In this document: positions 13,301 to 26,734 of the stretch, piece by piece
Numbering within the stretch: the stretch's first letter is position 1
How the letters are laid out: every line of letters begins with the position of its first letter
Source of the DNA: Kondoa subrosea
Taxonomy: Eukaryota
DNA: 64,000 bases
Reading direction: 5' to 3'
NCBI GenBank assembly: GCA_039545335.1
Contig: BCIN01000004.1
Coordinates: 610,925-674,924, forward strand
Program-made: the position numbers and the translations under genes
The notes under the pieces: model-generated
Database searches by the model: none
Told to the model about the DNA's origin: nothing
The model's input: only the letters and a program-made list of their open reading frames with translations

Positions 13301-15366
13301 CTTCCATACTATGCGCTCTACTCAGCATCTCCAGACAGCCGAAGAAGCGCCATCAAAGGATAAAATCGCTGCCTATGTCGAATCTCGCTCAAATCTCGTA
13401 GACAAACTTACTGACTACGCTGTTGGCACTGAATCTATGGCACTGGAAGAGGTCAAGCGAGCAGTATGTGATTTCTGCAGTTCTTCAAAGATCCTGTCTT
13501 ACATCTTCGAAAGTCCTTCAACAAACTTCTGATTTTATATACTTTTGCATCCCAAATTGGTCTGCCTCCAAGTACTGGCAACAATCGAATCGATGGTCTA
13601 GCATCCCTGGGTCTCAATATGGATGATGAGCTCCAATCGAGATGCGCGGGTTTCGTGCAAGCAGAGATTGAGCGGCATTATGAACGCTTGCAAGGCAAAC
13701 CAGCGGAGAAATCGTCAGAAGATCGTTCCGGATCTGACACAGCCGAATCTGATGAAGATGCTCAAACCGCCAACAAGGCGAAAAAAGGCAAACAAAAAGC
13801 AGGCATGAAGAAGAAAGCTGCTAAAGGCGCTGAGAAAGGTCTGCTGTCTAATATGGATCCTTTATGAGATTGCCTGAAATTGGTAGCAGCCGAAGATGTG
13901 ATTCCAGACAAGCCCAAAGATCTCAAGAGTCTGGCCGCAGAAACGGCTTTTGACGACATGCTCGGCTCTTTCGTCCGTGCTGTTACGCTGAATGTTATCG
14001 ATATACGCCATGCGACTATCGTTCTCACTCATTATGGCCGTTTTGGTTCTTTCTTCAATAGCTGCGCAAAACACCTTATCGAGACACTAAAAGATGAAGG
14101 CTTGTATGGAGAAAATACCGTCGCCACGACAGCAGTCATTGTTGATACGCTACGAGAAGTATGTGATTGACTACGATTGCCCGGCTGATACTTATAACGC
14201 CTTGTAGTGCATGGATCTTGCTACGAGTACTGCTTCGGACGATGATAACATTCAAGCTATCTCGCGGCTTCTGTTGACGTCCATCACAGTCAGAGGAGCT
14301 AGACTGTCGATAATCAAGAAGCTCCCCAGCGAGCACGCTATCAAAATTCACACCGATCTCATTGATTATACTCTCAGCAAATATCTTACCCTCAAAGAGC
14401 AGAACAAGACCGCTGAAAGAAATCTGGCCATCACTATGTTCAAAGCACTTTCTGGCCTTACTCTCGTGCTAGAAGCTCAAGATGCTCTGAAAATGTTGGT
14501 CTCAATCTAGAATTCGCCAATCATACTAAATTTGTTTTCATAGACAAAATCATCTCGATCAAGCGCTAGAAAGCAAGGATATCACTATTGCGACTGCATC
14601 AAAGATTTGGGATCCGCAACGAGCATATGTTAAACGATTAACGGGCATAATGGCTAAAGATAGCAGTAAGCTGAATCTCACTCGGAGACGGAGCTATTAC
14701 TGACATGCGTATTGACAGCTGTTGCTAAAGCTGCCAAGAAAGCTAGACCAGCGAAAGTAGCAGAAGATGTTCCGAGCGACGAAGAGATGCCACCTCCGAT
14801 AGGTCTGCAGAAGAAGGGCGGAAGAAAGGCAGTCAGGCCTAAAGCGAAGCCAACAAAACCCGCGGCCCAGCCTACGCGAACGATGCCTAGCCGGAGGGCG
14901 ACTGTCCAAGCTACTTATGCTGAAGACGCAGCTACACCTAATGGCAATGATGATGTCGATGATGAGGAGGATGAAGAGCCAGCACCCCGATCGAAATCCT
15001 CTCGTGCTCAAGCAGGCTCCGCTGCTGAGGAATTACCCGACCTCGAGACAGAAGCGCAAACACCTGCCGGTTCTGTGCTTTCTCCGTTGCCTGACAGTCC
15101 ACCTCGGGCTAGTCTAAGTCGTTCGCCTTCACCTCCAGCTAGTGTCTCTGGTGTCAAGCGCACCCGAGATCAGACGCAAGAGGAAGAAGAACAGCAGGCC
15201 GAAGACCCAGATCAGACTGCTGGTACTTTAGTTTCGAATGAACGGTCGCGCAGGAGTGGAAGTGCAGATACGGATGTATCAGTGTCGGAAGTCAAGAAGA
15301 AGCGGAGACGGTGAGCTTTCCTTATGATTTTGTGTGAACATAGCTCACACACTGCCTAGGCTGTGA
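10311..15366 (+). CDS. SCC3: Cohesin subunit Scc3/Psc3/STAG
   Basis: STAG domain (YPLIASSKTLKAFRKSL..SSKLRSFRHTTT) and SCD motif (VFIHRYRDAEPAIRSECIRALGLWMKKHPDHFLEGNHLRYVGWVLTD); acidic/basic disordered ends; final intron 15313-15359 gives stop at 15364-15366. Confidence 0.95.
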
Positions 15367-15523
15367 TATTTTAATGGCTTCCAATCGGATTAGTGCTCGT
15401 GTGAAGTGAAAGAGCGGTGCAGCACTGCATATTGTACGAAGCTCAAATGCAACCTGTCATTACCAATCCCCTTCCTTTTACAACCATTTCATATACCGCG
15501 AAACGTGATACCCTGTTCTAAAA

Positions 15524-17072
15524 ATGAGTCCACGATGTCTCGTGATCGGTCTAGGCGCTACGGGAATAGCGGGAATGCAGCAGTTGCGAGAAAAAGGATT
15601 TGATGACATATGCTGCTATGAGGCAAGAGGCATTTCAGGCGGAACTTGGCTCTATCAAGAAGATCCGCAACCTTTGGAGATTCAATTCACGGCAGATGGG
15701 CGGCCTGTAGCTTCTACATCGAGCTCGAGTTCGGAAACTCCTTCTGCTATATATTCGCATCTGCATACGAATCTGCCTCATCCCCTTGTCAGTGCAAGTC
15801 CTCAGTGGTCATATGTCCTCTTATTTCATGGTCGCAGATGTCCTTCCGCGGTTCGCCTTTCAAGCGAGGCATACCTCTGTATCCAGGTCACCAAGACATA
15901 ACCCAATATCTTCAAGAGCATGCATCAAGACATGCATCCCTAGTCATCTACAATCGCAAGGTCACGCGTCTGCGGCATGCTCCAGCTGGGGCCGATCATC
16001 GCTGGCTTGTTGATTCGATTGATGTCCAGACCAATCAGGTCTTTGAAGAAGGGTTCGACTATGTTCTTTCAGCAAATGGACACTTTATGACACCTTATAT
16101 ACCATACATTGAAGGATTATGGCATTATAAAGGGAAAATCCATCATTCGCGAAACTACAGAAAACCGTCTGCTTATGCTAAAGAGGTATGTCAACGTTTC
16201 TGGACAATTAGGACTCGCTGACGTGTAATATAGACTGTCATGGTCATTGGTGGTAATGCATCTGGCTATGATATCACGCGCGATTTGGCAGCTCACTTCT
16301 ATGAACATGAGCAAGATCGACAGTCTCGTGTGTATCAAAGCGTACGGACTCCTGATGCAATGATCAGTCATGTTGAGGGAGATGAAGCAAGGTTAGTCCA
16401 CGAAGTCGCTCAAATCTCTCACATCGAGGAAGAAACATCAAACATAATACTCAAAGACGGAACAAGAATCACAGATGTTTCAGTACTGCTTTTCGCGACC
16501 GGCTATCTTTATTCATATCCTTACTGCCATGAGACGGATGAACCTTTCAGATCCCATCCCCTGACCCAAACTCCTTCTCTTCCCGCTACTGCTTCTACTC
16601 CTCATCTGACTTCAGATGTTTCTCCTCCGTCTGGTGGTCTATATACAACGAATCTAAATTCGCTTAACTTGTTCTATTGTTCGTCTGTCTTCATAGCCTC
16701 GCTACAAAGCTGAACCGAATTTGAACAGACCCGGATCCAACATTAGCTTTTCCTGGCTTACATGTCAAGATTGTACCCTTTCCTCTGTTTGAAGCCCAAA
16801 CTCGAGCTATTGCATCTCGTTGGAGTGGGCATCACTTCAATCTCCAACCCGGTAGTCCGAACGAAGATGAGATCAAGGAAAGTCTTGTGCTCGGAATGGG
16901 ACAGTGGGACTATGAAGACCATCTGATGGAGTTGATTGGTGAAGGAGGTGATCTGGGAGATGAAGTCGTGAAAGATGAAGCAGGCAGAAAGAAATATGGG
17001 AATGTGGTTGGTTGGAGAAAAGGTCTAAGAATGTCTGGCAACATCTTGAAGAAGGCTAGTCTAGGCTATTGA
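15524..17072 (+). CDS. Flavin-containing monooxygenase (FMO1-like)
   Basis: FAD motif VIGLGATG, GGTW, YSHLHTNLP, FMO signature YKGKIHHSRNYR, NADPH motif VIGGNASG, ATGY. Confidence 0.92.
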
Positions 17073-17795
17073 TTAAAAGGCTCCTTGGAGTAAGTACAAT
17101 TGTCCATATAATTCAGCTGGCCATTACTGATCTGAAGCAGGTTACCTCTTCCGAGGTAACGGGACTATGCTGGCCGTTGCTAGAGGCATTAGAATTGGAG
17201 GATACGATCCTTACGATCCTTTTCTGGGTTGCATCATCAAACTGGCACGATTACCTTTACCTTTCACCGGTTCGCTGATTGTGCTCTTCTCATAAGGGAA
17301 GTTGCAATAAACGGGATGGCAATATACTCTGTAAAATAGCGCAATTCGTCTGTATTGCTGCATGTCGCACAGCGGCCATCGAAGTGCTGTTTCGTCTCAA
17401 AGTGACGAACGTAATTACGTAATGCCGACATTTGTCTTCGAGTATGTCTTCCTTGGCTATTCTCCTGCAAACAAGCATCTGCCCTTCCTGAGCTTGCGCA
17501 GTCCGTTGCTGATCATATCATATCGTCTCTTTCGTAGCCGTTGTTGACCTTGCGATGGCTGTTCCCTACTGCATGCCATTTGCATCGCCTTCACTTCGCC
17601 CTCTGTCCCTTTTAGCCTTTTAGTGGGCTGGTCTTGCATCTGCATTGCTCTTGTTTTTTCTCTCTAGCTCTTTGTTACGATTTGTAATCCTTATAGCCCT
17701 AGTGTCCACTTCAAAACAAAACAATTAAACTGGTTGGAGGCCGAAATTTTTGACCTATTTTGAACAAGCGCTTTCTTCTTCTCTATCATACTACA

Positions 17796-19683
17796 ATGCG
17801 CTATATTCTCCTACTCACTATCGCACGAACGCTTGCCGCTCAGCAAACACCGCAAACCTGTGATGGCCAACCTTTGCCTTCAGCGCAGGCAATAGTATCT
17901 CAATTCCCACCGTTAATGTAAGCCTTGTGCACCAATCGTTGATGGCAGCTGACTTTTCTGTTTAGTCCTGGTCAAGTAGCTCACATTCTCCCGGACGATT
18001 CAGCAGCTCAAGATTTGTACAATGCAATCCTCGCAACAAATTCACCTTATCTCGATATTCCAGTGACAACACCGAACGCAGGTCAGTCAAGTCTATTTCA
18101 CTCAGCGTATATACATGCTAATCTCTCCATCAAACAAACAAGGTGGTTCGCCCATACTGGGTTCGTATGATTGGCATCAAGATGCAGATTGCTGGTGGTC
18201 GTATACACAATGTACTGGTAAGTTTCAGCAACAGTAGCCAAGCACATGAATCATTGATGTCCATTGCTTTAATACAGTGCCCAAAACAGACGACCTTCCG
18301 CCGGACTTTTCCTTCTGTCCTTCTCCCTCTACTTGGGGTCTTTCGTAAGTCAAGAGCCTCCTCAGTAGCAACGTTTTCGCTCATATTTACGCTTCTTGCC
18401 TGCCATAGGATAGACGATGGTCCAAGTTGTGCACATGGCCCAACCTACGACCTTCTAGCCCAAAATAATCAGGTCATTAGTTTGCTCCCTTCACTGCTTC
18501 AAAGCTGACACGAAACTATACAGCTGGCCTCTTTATATTACATCGGTGTGAACGTCCTTACACATCCTCAAGAAGCTCTTCGAGGCTATATGGTCCGTTC
18601 GGCATGATCTGGAAGCTTTACTTTAACCTGACTGAGCACATAGGCTGGACATGAGATCTGCGCTCATACATGGAGTCATCCAGCACTAACAACAGTGAGC
18701 TGCACTACCTATTGTTAGAAACAGACTCAAGATTTGTTCTATAGAAAACGAATGAAGAAGTCTTTGCCGAATTGTATTACACAAAGCAAGCTATCAAGGC
18801 AGCTACTGGAATTAGCACAAGATGCATGAGACCTCCTTATGGTCAGTGTGCAACGTCACGTGTCTCAATCGATTTCCGACATGTGTTGATTGTCATACAG
18901 GCGATATCGATAACAGAATACGATTCATTGCAGCAGCTTTGGATCAGCGTGTTCATATATGGACTCAAGATACGGATGACTTCCGAGTGCAACAGCTTGG
19001 AGCCGCTACTGTCATTTCTAATTTCGTGCGTAAAGTGTCTAAATATCATCGATATCAACGTCTGTACTGATTACATGAGTAGGATCGCATCATTGAGGAG
19101 AACGCCAATGCGAATCAAGGAATCATCGTACTCACTCATGAAACCAATGAAGGCATTGTTGACTTGGACGTTACGCAATTTCCTCGGGTGTTTGCGGCCT
19201 TCAAACATGTAACACCGGTCTCTACATGTTCGAATTACTCTCAAGTATATGCTGAAGCCGAAGTACGTCTCACTCAAAGCCAATCGATGCTTGATCTGAC
19301 ATGGGTTGTAGACACCTAGTTACCCCAACTTCCAGCAATACACAAATGGGAAGCGACCTCAGGTCTGGCAATCGACGCCTTTCGACGGAGAGCCTGTGGA
19401 ATATCTGTCCGGTATAGCAGCAGATAATTCTGCGGCCGACGACGCGCCAGCATCTTCTTCCTCGCCTGTTTCTACATCCTCATCGACGTCTTTGCCATCA
19501 TCCTCAAGCTCTTCGGCATCATATACGTCGAAGAAAACTTCACCAAGTCGCTCTTCATCTGTTGTTTTACCCGCTCAAAGTCATACACCTCAAATGGATG
19601 GGATCCATTCCAGCGCAACTTCTTTAGTATCTTCAACTACACTACTCGCATCCTTTGCTTTGTTGTTCCTACATTGTTTGTAG
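17796..19683 (+). CDS. Chitin deacetylase (CE4), probably GPI-anchored
   Basis: Signal peptide MRYILLLTIARTLAA; motifs TWGLSIDDGP, HTWSHP, RPPYGDID, IVLTHE; Ser-rich tail and hydrophobic C-terminus. Confidence 0.9.
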
Positions 19684-19918
19684 AACCAATTCGTTCTTGG
19701 AACAACCATGACCCGGACATTTGCAAAAAGGACATTTCATTTAGACTATTAGCATTATTCGTTGTTCGTTCATAGATATGTACATATTAGTTAAGCGGCA
19801 TTGCATTGTAACGCACAAGTTTTCGGCATGTTACTGCTCCGGTACACGACGTACGCTTTCGGCTAGAATCTTGCATCCAAGTTTGATTAAGTAAGCAATC
19901 CTTTCTTTTCCATATACC

Positions 19919-21295
19919 ATGACTGACTCATGCCCATCTCGACCAGACTTGATTGTCCCTGCTTCACAGTTACAAGATCTATTAGCTAAGAAGGTTCCAG
20001 CTATCAATTTGCCGGATCCTTGTCGAGAATGCGATGAACCATGCGATGAAAGTACGAGCGTTATAAGGAAGCTGGATATTGATATGGACTCGTTCGTTGT
20101 CAGTTTGTACGATTCTCTCCCTATGACTGACTTTCTGCTGCTTCACAGGACGATGCTGGGCTCAACAAGTCAATATGACCGAATGGTTTTATGCTCAACT
20201 AATGGTAAAGCGGATTGGATAAGAGAAGTAACGGATGCCAAAGGATCTCTAGCTGGATTGGTCGCTCAGACCTACAATGATTCACGTAAGACACGTTTCG
20301 CCAAATATGTACAATCAGTTGTGATAAGAGCAGTCAAGGACACATCGGGTTCTGCCAATGAGGCACCGAAAAACGGAGTATACCCTACAAGTACTGAGTT
20401 GCCTCATGAGAAGAGAGTGAAAAAGCTCACTGTTCTCAATGGAAACAATTTCTCTTCGCATCATGAGTCAAGATCTTCCATGCTGGTCTTTCCAGATTAC
20501 AAGGTATCTGGTGTCTTTTCTGCTTTAACTTTCATTCTCATGATCATGATCTTCTTGTTTGTAGGTTATCAACCATATCGATACCACTCCAGAATCAGTT
20601 TCTGCACTAACCGAAACTTATCTCTCGAATCAAGTTGATCGCTCAGCAGCTACTTCCAATCATGACTTACCATTCGAATCTTTCGCCATTCCCCATCGCG
20701 CAGTCTTGCTGATCTGTAGTCATAAAACCAGGGATAAGAAATGTCATATTGCTGCACCTTTATTGATCGAGGAATTGAAGAGAGCTCTGGAAGAAGAAGG
20801 CTTTGGAATTGATGAGCAAGGAGATTTTGATAGTGATCAGACGTTGGAGAAAGTAGAGGATGAATTGAAGCGAAAGGAAGTGATGCAGAATGCGTTGCAA
20901 GAAGCGGCAAAGAGTCAAACTGTAGGTATATACAAATGTAGTCAGTAAGTCTCGCTTCTTATTGTCGCGAAGATGGGCTAATCATCAATGTCGTTCAGCA
21001 TTGGTGGACATAGGTCAGTCAATTGATTGCCCAGCCAAACATACAATTGATCTGTTTCAAAGATATGCGGGCAACGTGATTGTATGTTTGCCCTCTGGCT
21101 CCAACATCTGGTACGGTCGCGTAACACCTAGAGGTCCGGTGCCCTGTGATCCAATAGAATGTCAATCGTGCTGACCCGAATGCTTAAGAATGCGAAGCTA
21201 TAGTCAAGAAAACCATCATAGGCGGTCAAGTCATTCAAGAACTCTTGAGAGGCGGTGTGGGAATCGCCAACAGGTCAAGTGTGCTGCAATGGTAG
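19919..21295 (+). CDS. Sucrase/ferredoxin-like thioredoxin-fold [2Fe-2S] protein (Apd1/Aim32 family)
   Basis: LICSHKTRDKKC (C-X8-C), spliced SHIGGHRYAGNVI (H-X3-H), WYGRVTP, ELLRGG. Confidence 0.92.
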
Positions 21296-21496
21296 AATCA
21301 GGTTTCAAGTGGATTGCACAGTCATCATACATTATTAGATCTGGGTAGAGGCGGAAGTTGCCGAATTACTAGACTGTATGTTATAATAGCACATATTCTT
21401 AGATCTTGACTCATGACTTTCAATGACTGTTGTTTTGATTCCATTGACCAATATAGTTCATTCTATACAACCATCAACCGCTACTCAGCAGACACA

Positions 21497-22712
21497 ATGA
21501 ATGGTGCAACTCCAACAGCGTCTTTCATAGGAGGCTGTGGGCTTGCTTTCTCGCTACATGGATTGGCTGTATTGAATGGTGTCCGTCGGGGTTTCTGATC
21601 TTTGACATGCAATTTCCTCATGACTGATCTGCTCCAGTCTGTTTTGGGTTGCTCTGGATTGATACATCGCTCCATTCAAAGTAAAGAAGCCTTGGCTGGC
21701 ACATTTGGCTTCATTGCGGCTGGCGCATTGGGTGCAACACTCGGGCGATCTGCACCTGCATTACCAAATATCATGGCTGATAGCACAACGTTTGGTGGTA
21801 TTAGTCCTGTCTTCCTGCTCTCTGGACTGTTGGTCGGTGTCGGTTCAAGGTTGCAGAATGGGTGTACCTCAGGTAGGTCTCATTTGTTCTGAAGATGACG
21901 GATGATGTTACTGATTCCCTATCAGGTCATATGTTGAGCGGAGTCTGTCGCGGTAGTCTGAGATCCATAACAGCAACGGGTATCTTCTTCTCAGTTGCGA
22001 TGGCCATTGCGAATTTGGCAAGCTCAAGCACGTCTATGATTGGCAAGGCTGCTGGACTGCAATGGACACTCTCATCTTCAGATTGGAATCTATTGTATGC
22101 CTTTGTGGTACCGATAGGAGTATATCTTGTTGGCTCGAATGTAAGTTGGTGCAACTCGTAATACTGAGAACTTCTAACTCTGTCTTTAGATTTTCCCTCG
22201 TCGTGTAGTTGCTTCTTTCTGTACTTCGCTTTCTTTCGGTCTCGCTCTACTTCTTTCAAACCTATACGATCCTAAACGAGTTTTGAATTTCCTCATTACT
22301 CCTCTCAACTCAGCTTTCGATCCTTCTTTGGCTTTCCTAGCAGCTGGCGCACTACCTCTCCTCACTCTTCTCAGCTTGACAACTGCCGATGAATCCGTAA
22401 CGCCGGTAAATGGAGGAAAGAGAACTATACCTGCGAAGAGCGGATCTCGGAATATCAATTTACGTTTGATTGCTGGTGCTGTAATATTTGGCGTTGGTTG
22501 GGGATTAGCAGGAGGTGGATAACACTCGCTCCTTATATTATGCAATCCAGCTGAGAAAAGTATACAGTGTGTCCTGGTCCTGTTGCGGTCGGGATCGGCA
22601 ACTCCATTGCGAATGGATCTTATGGAACTTCTGTTCAGCTAGGATCATGGCTTGCGGCAATGATGATAGGTTAGCTTCTGCACTTTTGGCTGTTTCGGTT
22701 GCAGCTGAATAG
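21497..22712 (+). CDS. YeeE/YedE-family sulfur-compound transporter (3' end approximate, 22674-22712)
   Basis: TPTASFIGG, NGxVLGCSG, GVGSRLQNGCTSGHMLSG, VLNFL..FDPSLAFLAAGA, GAVIFGVGWGLAG.CPGP. Confidence 0.88.
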
Positions 22713-22826
22713 TCATTTCGAAGGTGGAAAACTGGTCGCCTGATAAGATTGCATACATGTGTAATGATTACATTCGCGCGTCATTTATAAACACATTGTA
22801 TTCTTATCTCTGTACAAAGAGAGGGT

Positions 22827-24159
22827 CTACGTCTTGTACAAATATTGCTTCAGATCCAAATTTGTCGAAGCAGAAGCAACATCCCTATTGTTTCCCAATT
22901 GTGAAATCAAAGAAGCTGTTCTAGGTTCTTCAGGGATCTCTAAATCAAAAGGATCTTCTTCCTCTTCATCTTGCCTTGTCAAAGCTTGAGGTGATTCTAA
23001 TACTTCCTCTTGCTCTCCTTTCATGGCCAGATGATCCGCATCAGACATGGCTAAGCTCTGACTCCTGAAACGGAACGCATGTAAATCTTCTTCCTCGGAT
23101 TCAGAAGCAGGTGTTTCAGCTCGAAAAAGTGGTTCTCGATTTGGTAACGGAGGAGGAAGCATCGATTCTGATCGTTCCCGATTGTGAGCTAGAGGCGTCG
23201 CAGAAAGTTGTCGAGTGGGTTCACGGGTTGCTGGAGTAGCTGATCGTAAGACTGCTTGACTTAATGGCGGATAAGGTTCAACACTACACTCAGAGTCAGC
23301 TAGAGGCAAGCACAATTATGCGGATAGAACGCACATCACTACAAGCGTTCTGCCAAAGATTGAAAATCCAGAATATAAGACACGTAACCGAGGTTTCAAA
23401 TCTGGTTTCTCATCCTCGTCCGCATCACTTGGTCTAGAAGGTAAAGCTGAAATAGCTTCATGAGGATCCACATCGATGATCTCATCCTTGACAACCGGAT
23501 CTTGCAAAGGCGGAGGTAGACCATCGCCTTCTTCCTCTTCTTCGCTATCTACCTGAGTGATCATTTCCGCATCGTTTTCTCTTGCGGATTTCCTGCGAGC
23601 TGAGTTTGCATCTCCATTATTGGATCGTTTTCGTTTCTTTGTAGCTTCACTCGCTTCTTCTTTCTCTCTGGGTTGACTAGTTTCATAAACAACTTGTCGA
23701 TTCTTGCGAATCGGTCAGACTAGTTGACTACCTTCGTTACAGACCCACCTTGAGTAAGACAGAGTGTTTCTGAGCTGTCTTGCGAAAGAAGTAAGCGCAT
23801 TGCCAACCAGCACCTTGGACAAAGTAAGTTCTGCGGAACATAAGCCAGCGAGTACTGGGAAATCACCTCGATAGACATCTACTTTAGCTTTCGCATTCGC
23901 TCCACCGGAAGCAGATGATTCTGCTTTGAGCTTTGGTCCTATCCTATCCTTCAAAGCTAGCAGCACTCTTTCCAAGATCAGGTTGTTCATCCACTGTTTA
24001 CGATGAAAGCATAAGAAGAGATAGAATCCTAAAGACGGCAGGGTTGCGCACAAAGGTGTGACGCTCGTCCAAGTAGAGAATCATTGTGAGAACAGCTGTA
24101 GGGCTGATACGAATGTATCGACTTTGTCGAGCTTTGTACGCGAGCTGAGCTTCAGCCAT
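22827..24159 (-). CDS. Conserved fungal hypothetical protein
   Basis: Spliced ORF MAEAQLAYKARQSRYIRISPTAVLTMILYLDERH..WMNNLILERVL..EKPDLKPRLRVLYSGFSIFGRTLVV.VEPYPP..REPLFR. Confidence 0.75.
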
Positions 24160-24861
24160 GCTGCGATCCTGTCTTGATGAGTTTGATATCCCTTGATCGC
24201 TTGGTATAGCAAACCCTGATATAATTGTGAACAGTTCTGAACAGTTGGTCGGCAAAGTGCATTCTTGAAATCCGTAGAGGTACTCCTGTTACAGCGATGC
24301 TGTATTCTTCCACCTTGCATTCAGGCCTACTCTTCTCCTTGCTCCTTTTGGTCTGCTTCCACCTTTTTCAGCAGCCTTTGTTGTTCTGTTGCATAGTTCA
24401 ACTTCGTGCGGATTGACGAAATGTACCGACTCAAAGCATCTCTCCTCATTAAGTGCAAATATCTGCAGACTACTCCTACTATCATGCTTTCTCAAAGAAG
24501 CTATTCTAAGCTTGACTTTGAATCGTCTCGGTCTATCAGTAAAGATCATTCTGGCGATCCTCAAGACTGTTGGGGTCTGACAATATGATCGACTATCTCT
24601 CCAGAGCGATGAACAATGATAACCTGCGCCCAACGCTTCTGACCTACAAAAAGCCCATTTGACACTTGCCTGTGGAGCTCCGCTGCGCTTTGATCTCTGT
24701 ACGCGCCAACGTCCCGAGCCTTGGCAGAATACTTCTATGCTATGTAGCGTGGCTTACCAAGCCTTACTGTGCTATTGCTGTACTGGCACAAAGGAATGGC
24801 CTGTCTTCTGTTTCAAAATGACCAAACGCATCTTGTCGTCGTCTGGCTCAAAGTCGGCACG

Positions 24862-26734
24862 ATGCGAATCCATGCAAGGCTATGCTTCCTGCTATCAGCA
24901 ATAAGACTACTGGTCACCATATACGGGACGAGTTACATTTTCCCGTAAGGTAAATTGCTTTGAGAGAACAATGGGGTCTCATTGACTTTCCATAGGGATG
25001 AACATTTTCAAGCAGGAGAGATATTGGCTAGCGATATGTTTCGTTTTGAAGGAGCAGACCCGATCAGGACGTGGGAATGGCAAAGCGACACTTCGAGCAA
25101 ACCACTTCGAAGCATTCTTCCACTGTATCTCAGCTCTTTTATGGCTTTGGCTCGGCTGTTTGGTGGTCGTAGGTGGATCCTTGATCTGACGCCGATAAGA
25201 TCTCAACATTTGATATAGCTACGGTATCTGCTAAGACTTTGTTACTGTCACAAAGGCTGGCGAGCTGGGTCACATGTGAAATGATTGGTAATAGTCAAAT
25301 CTGTTTCAGTGTTCGAGGTCTCAAAATGTCAATTCAGGTCTCATGCTACTGGTTATTACCAAGAAGAAATCGGATCCTCATGTTCTTAACGGGACATCGT
25401 ATATCTTGTTCTCGACTTCACTCGCAGCATTCTCTTTCCTCCTCCGTCCCTTTTCGACAACACCCGAAACATTGTACCTCGCTTGCTTCATCTACATAAC
25501 CTATTCTGTGATGGTGGACGAAGGCAATCGATCAATGAAGAAGTCCCTTGCACTTGGTATCATTTCATCAGCCGGAATCTTTACCAGGCCTACCTTTCTA
25601 GCTTTTGCTTTGGGTCCATCTCAAGTCCTACTTGTACTTTTGCTTTGGGTCCATCTCAAGTCCTACTTGTACATTTCTTGAAGAACAAGCATGCGATACG
25701 GTCGATTCTCATCATCTTCACTGGCTTCTTTTTGGCTTCTTGCGTTTTTATCTTGAGCGATTCTTTGTATTCTGGCGGATTCGCTCTTGTACCGCTCAAT
25801 TTCTTGAAGTACAACCTACAATCGTCAAATCTTCAGCAGCATGGAATGCATCCGCGTTGGCAACATCTCATAATCAACTTTCCGCTGATCTTTGGTCCAG
25901 GCCTTCTAGCAATTGGACAGTCTCTGACAATCGTTCTCGTACGGAAGGAAGCTCCTGTTATTGAACAGAGTAGGTGGTTGCGAGATCTCAGAGATGCTTG
26001 AAGCTTACTCTGCTGCCGCTTTCAACAGTTTGTGCAACATCCTTATTATCTGGACTCAGTATCCTGTCTGTGGTTCCTCATCAAGAGCCTCGCTTTCTGG
26101 TGCCTCTATTGGTTCCAATTGTGCTTTTGTTATCCAGATTACTCGACAATGCAAGTCATAAGAAACTATCGCGCGCTTTCCAAGTGAGTCTTTTCTGTCG
26201 TTATTCTTTCGCAGCTCATCATTTCACAGATAGTCTGGATCTTGCACGCCGTATTCGCATGCATTTTCTACAGTTTCTTGCACCAGGGCGGTTTTTTACC
26301 TGCGTGCCTTCGACTCAATAAGCATCTTGCCTCTCTTCCAGCTGAAAAATATCCAGCCAATATTCTCTTTTGGCGCACATTTCAGCCTCCGAGACGTGAG
26401 CTGTCTGCTCGCTACTATGGACCAGGCTTATAGATTTCTAGATCTGTTCTTACCCACGACTGAGAAGCAGAAACACAGGAACATGACAGTCCTCAGTCTA
26501 GCTATGACTGCTCCTGAGCATCTGCAAAGTCGTCTGGACTATTACTCAAGTCTTCAGCAAGAAATGTATTTCCTAGCGCCAGCCTACATGATACCGACCG
26601 AGATCAAGGACCAGCTCGAGCCTCTCTTCAGTCAAACTTCTTATGGCATTCACGTAAACACAGACTTCGTCTCCGATGTACTTAATGCAAGATGGGAAGA
26701 AATGGGAGTAGGTATTTGGAGACTTTTGAGCTAG
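24862..26734 (+). CDS. SMP3: GPI mannosyltransferase 4 (Smp3/PIG-Z, GT22); frame broken by a 35-bp tandem duplication as assembled
   Basis: SYIFPDEHFQAGE, TWEW..KPLRS, RPFS, GIFTRPTFLAF, PLNFLKYN..NLQQHGMHPRWQHL, PHQEPRFLVPL, FLHQGG. Confidence 0.9.
25603..25672 (+). repeat. Perfect 2 x 35 bp tandem duplication inside an SMP3 exon
   Basis: ttttgctttgggtccatctcaagtcctacttgtac at 25603-25637 and 25638-25672. Confidence 0.97.

Noticed and set aside
17290..17645. Minus-strand ORF pieces faintly resembling a bHLH (RKRRYDMISNGLRKL..IAKEDILE)
   Set aside because: The halves are in different frames with no plausible intron, and the key basic-region Glu is missing.
24289..24660. Short ORFs on both strands between the hypothetical gene and SMP3
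   Set aside because: No consistent gene model; probably a divergent promoter/UTR region.
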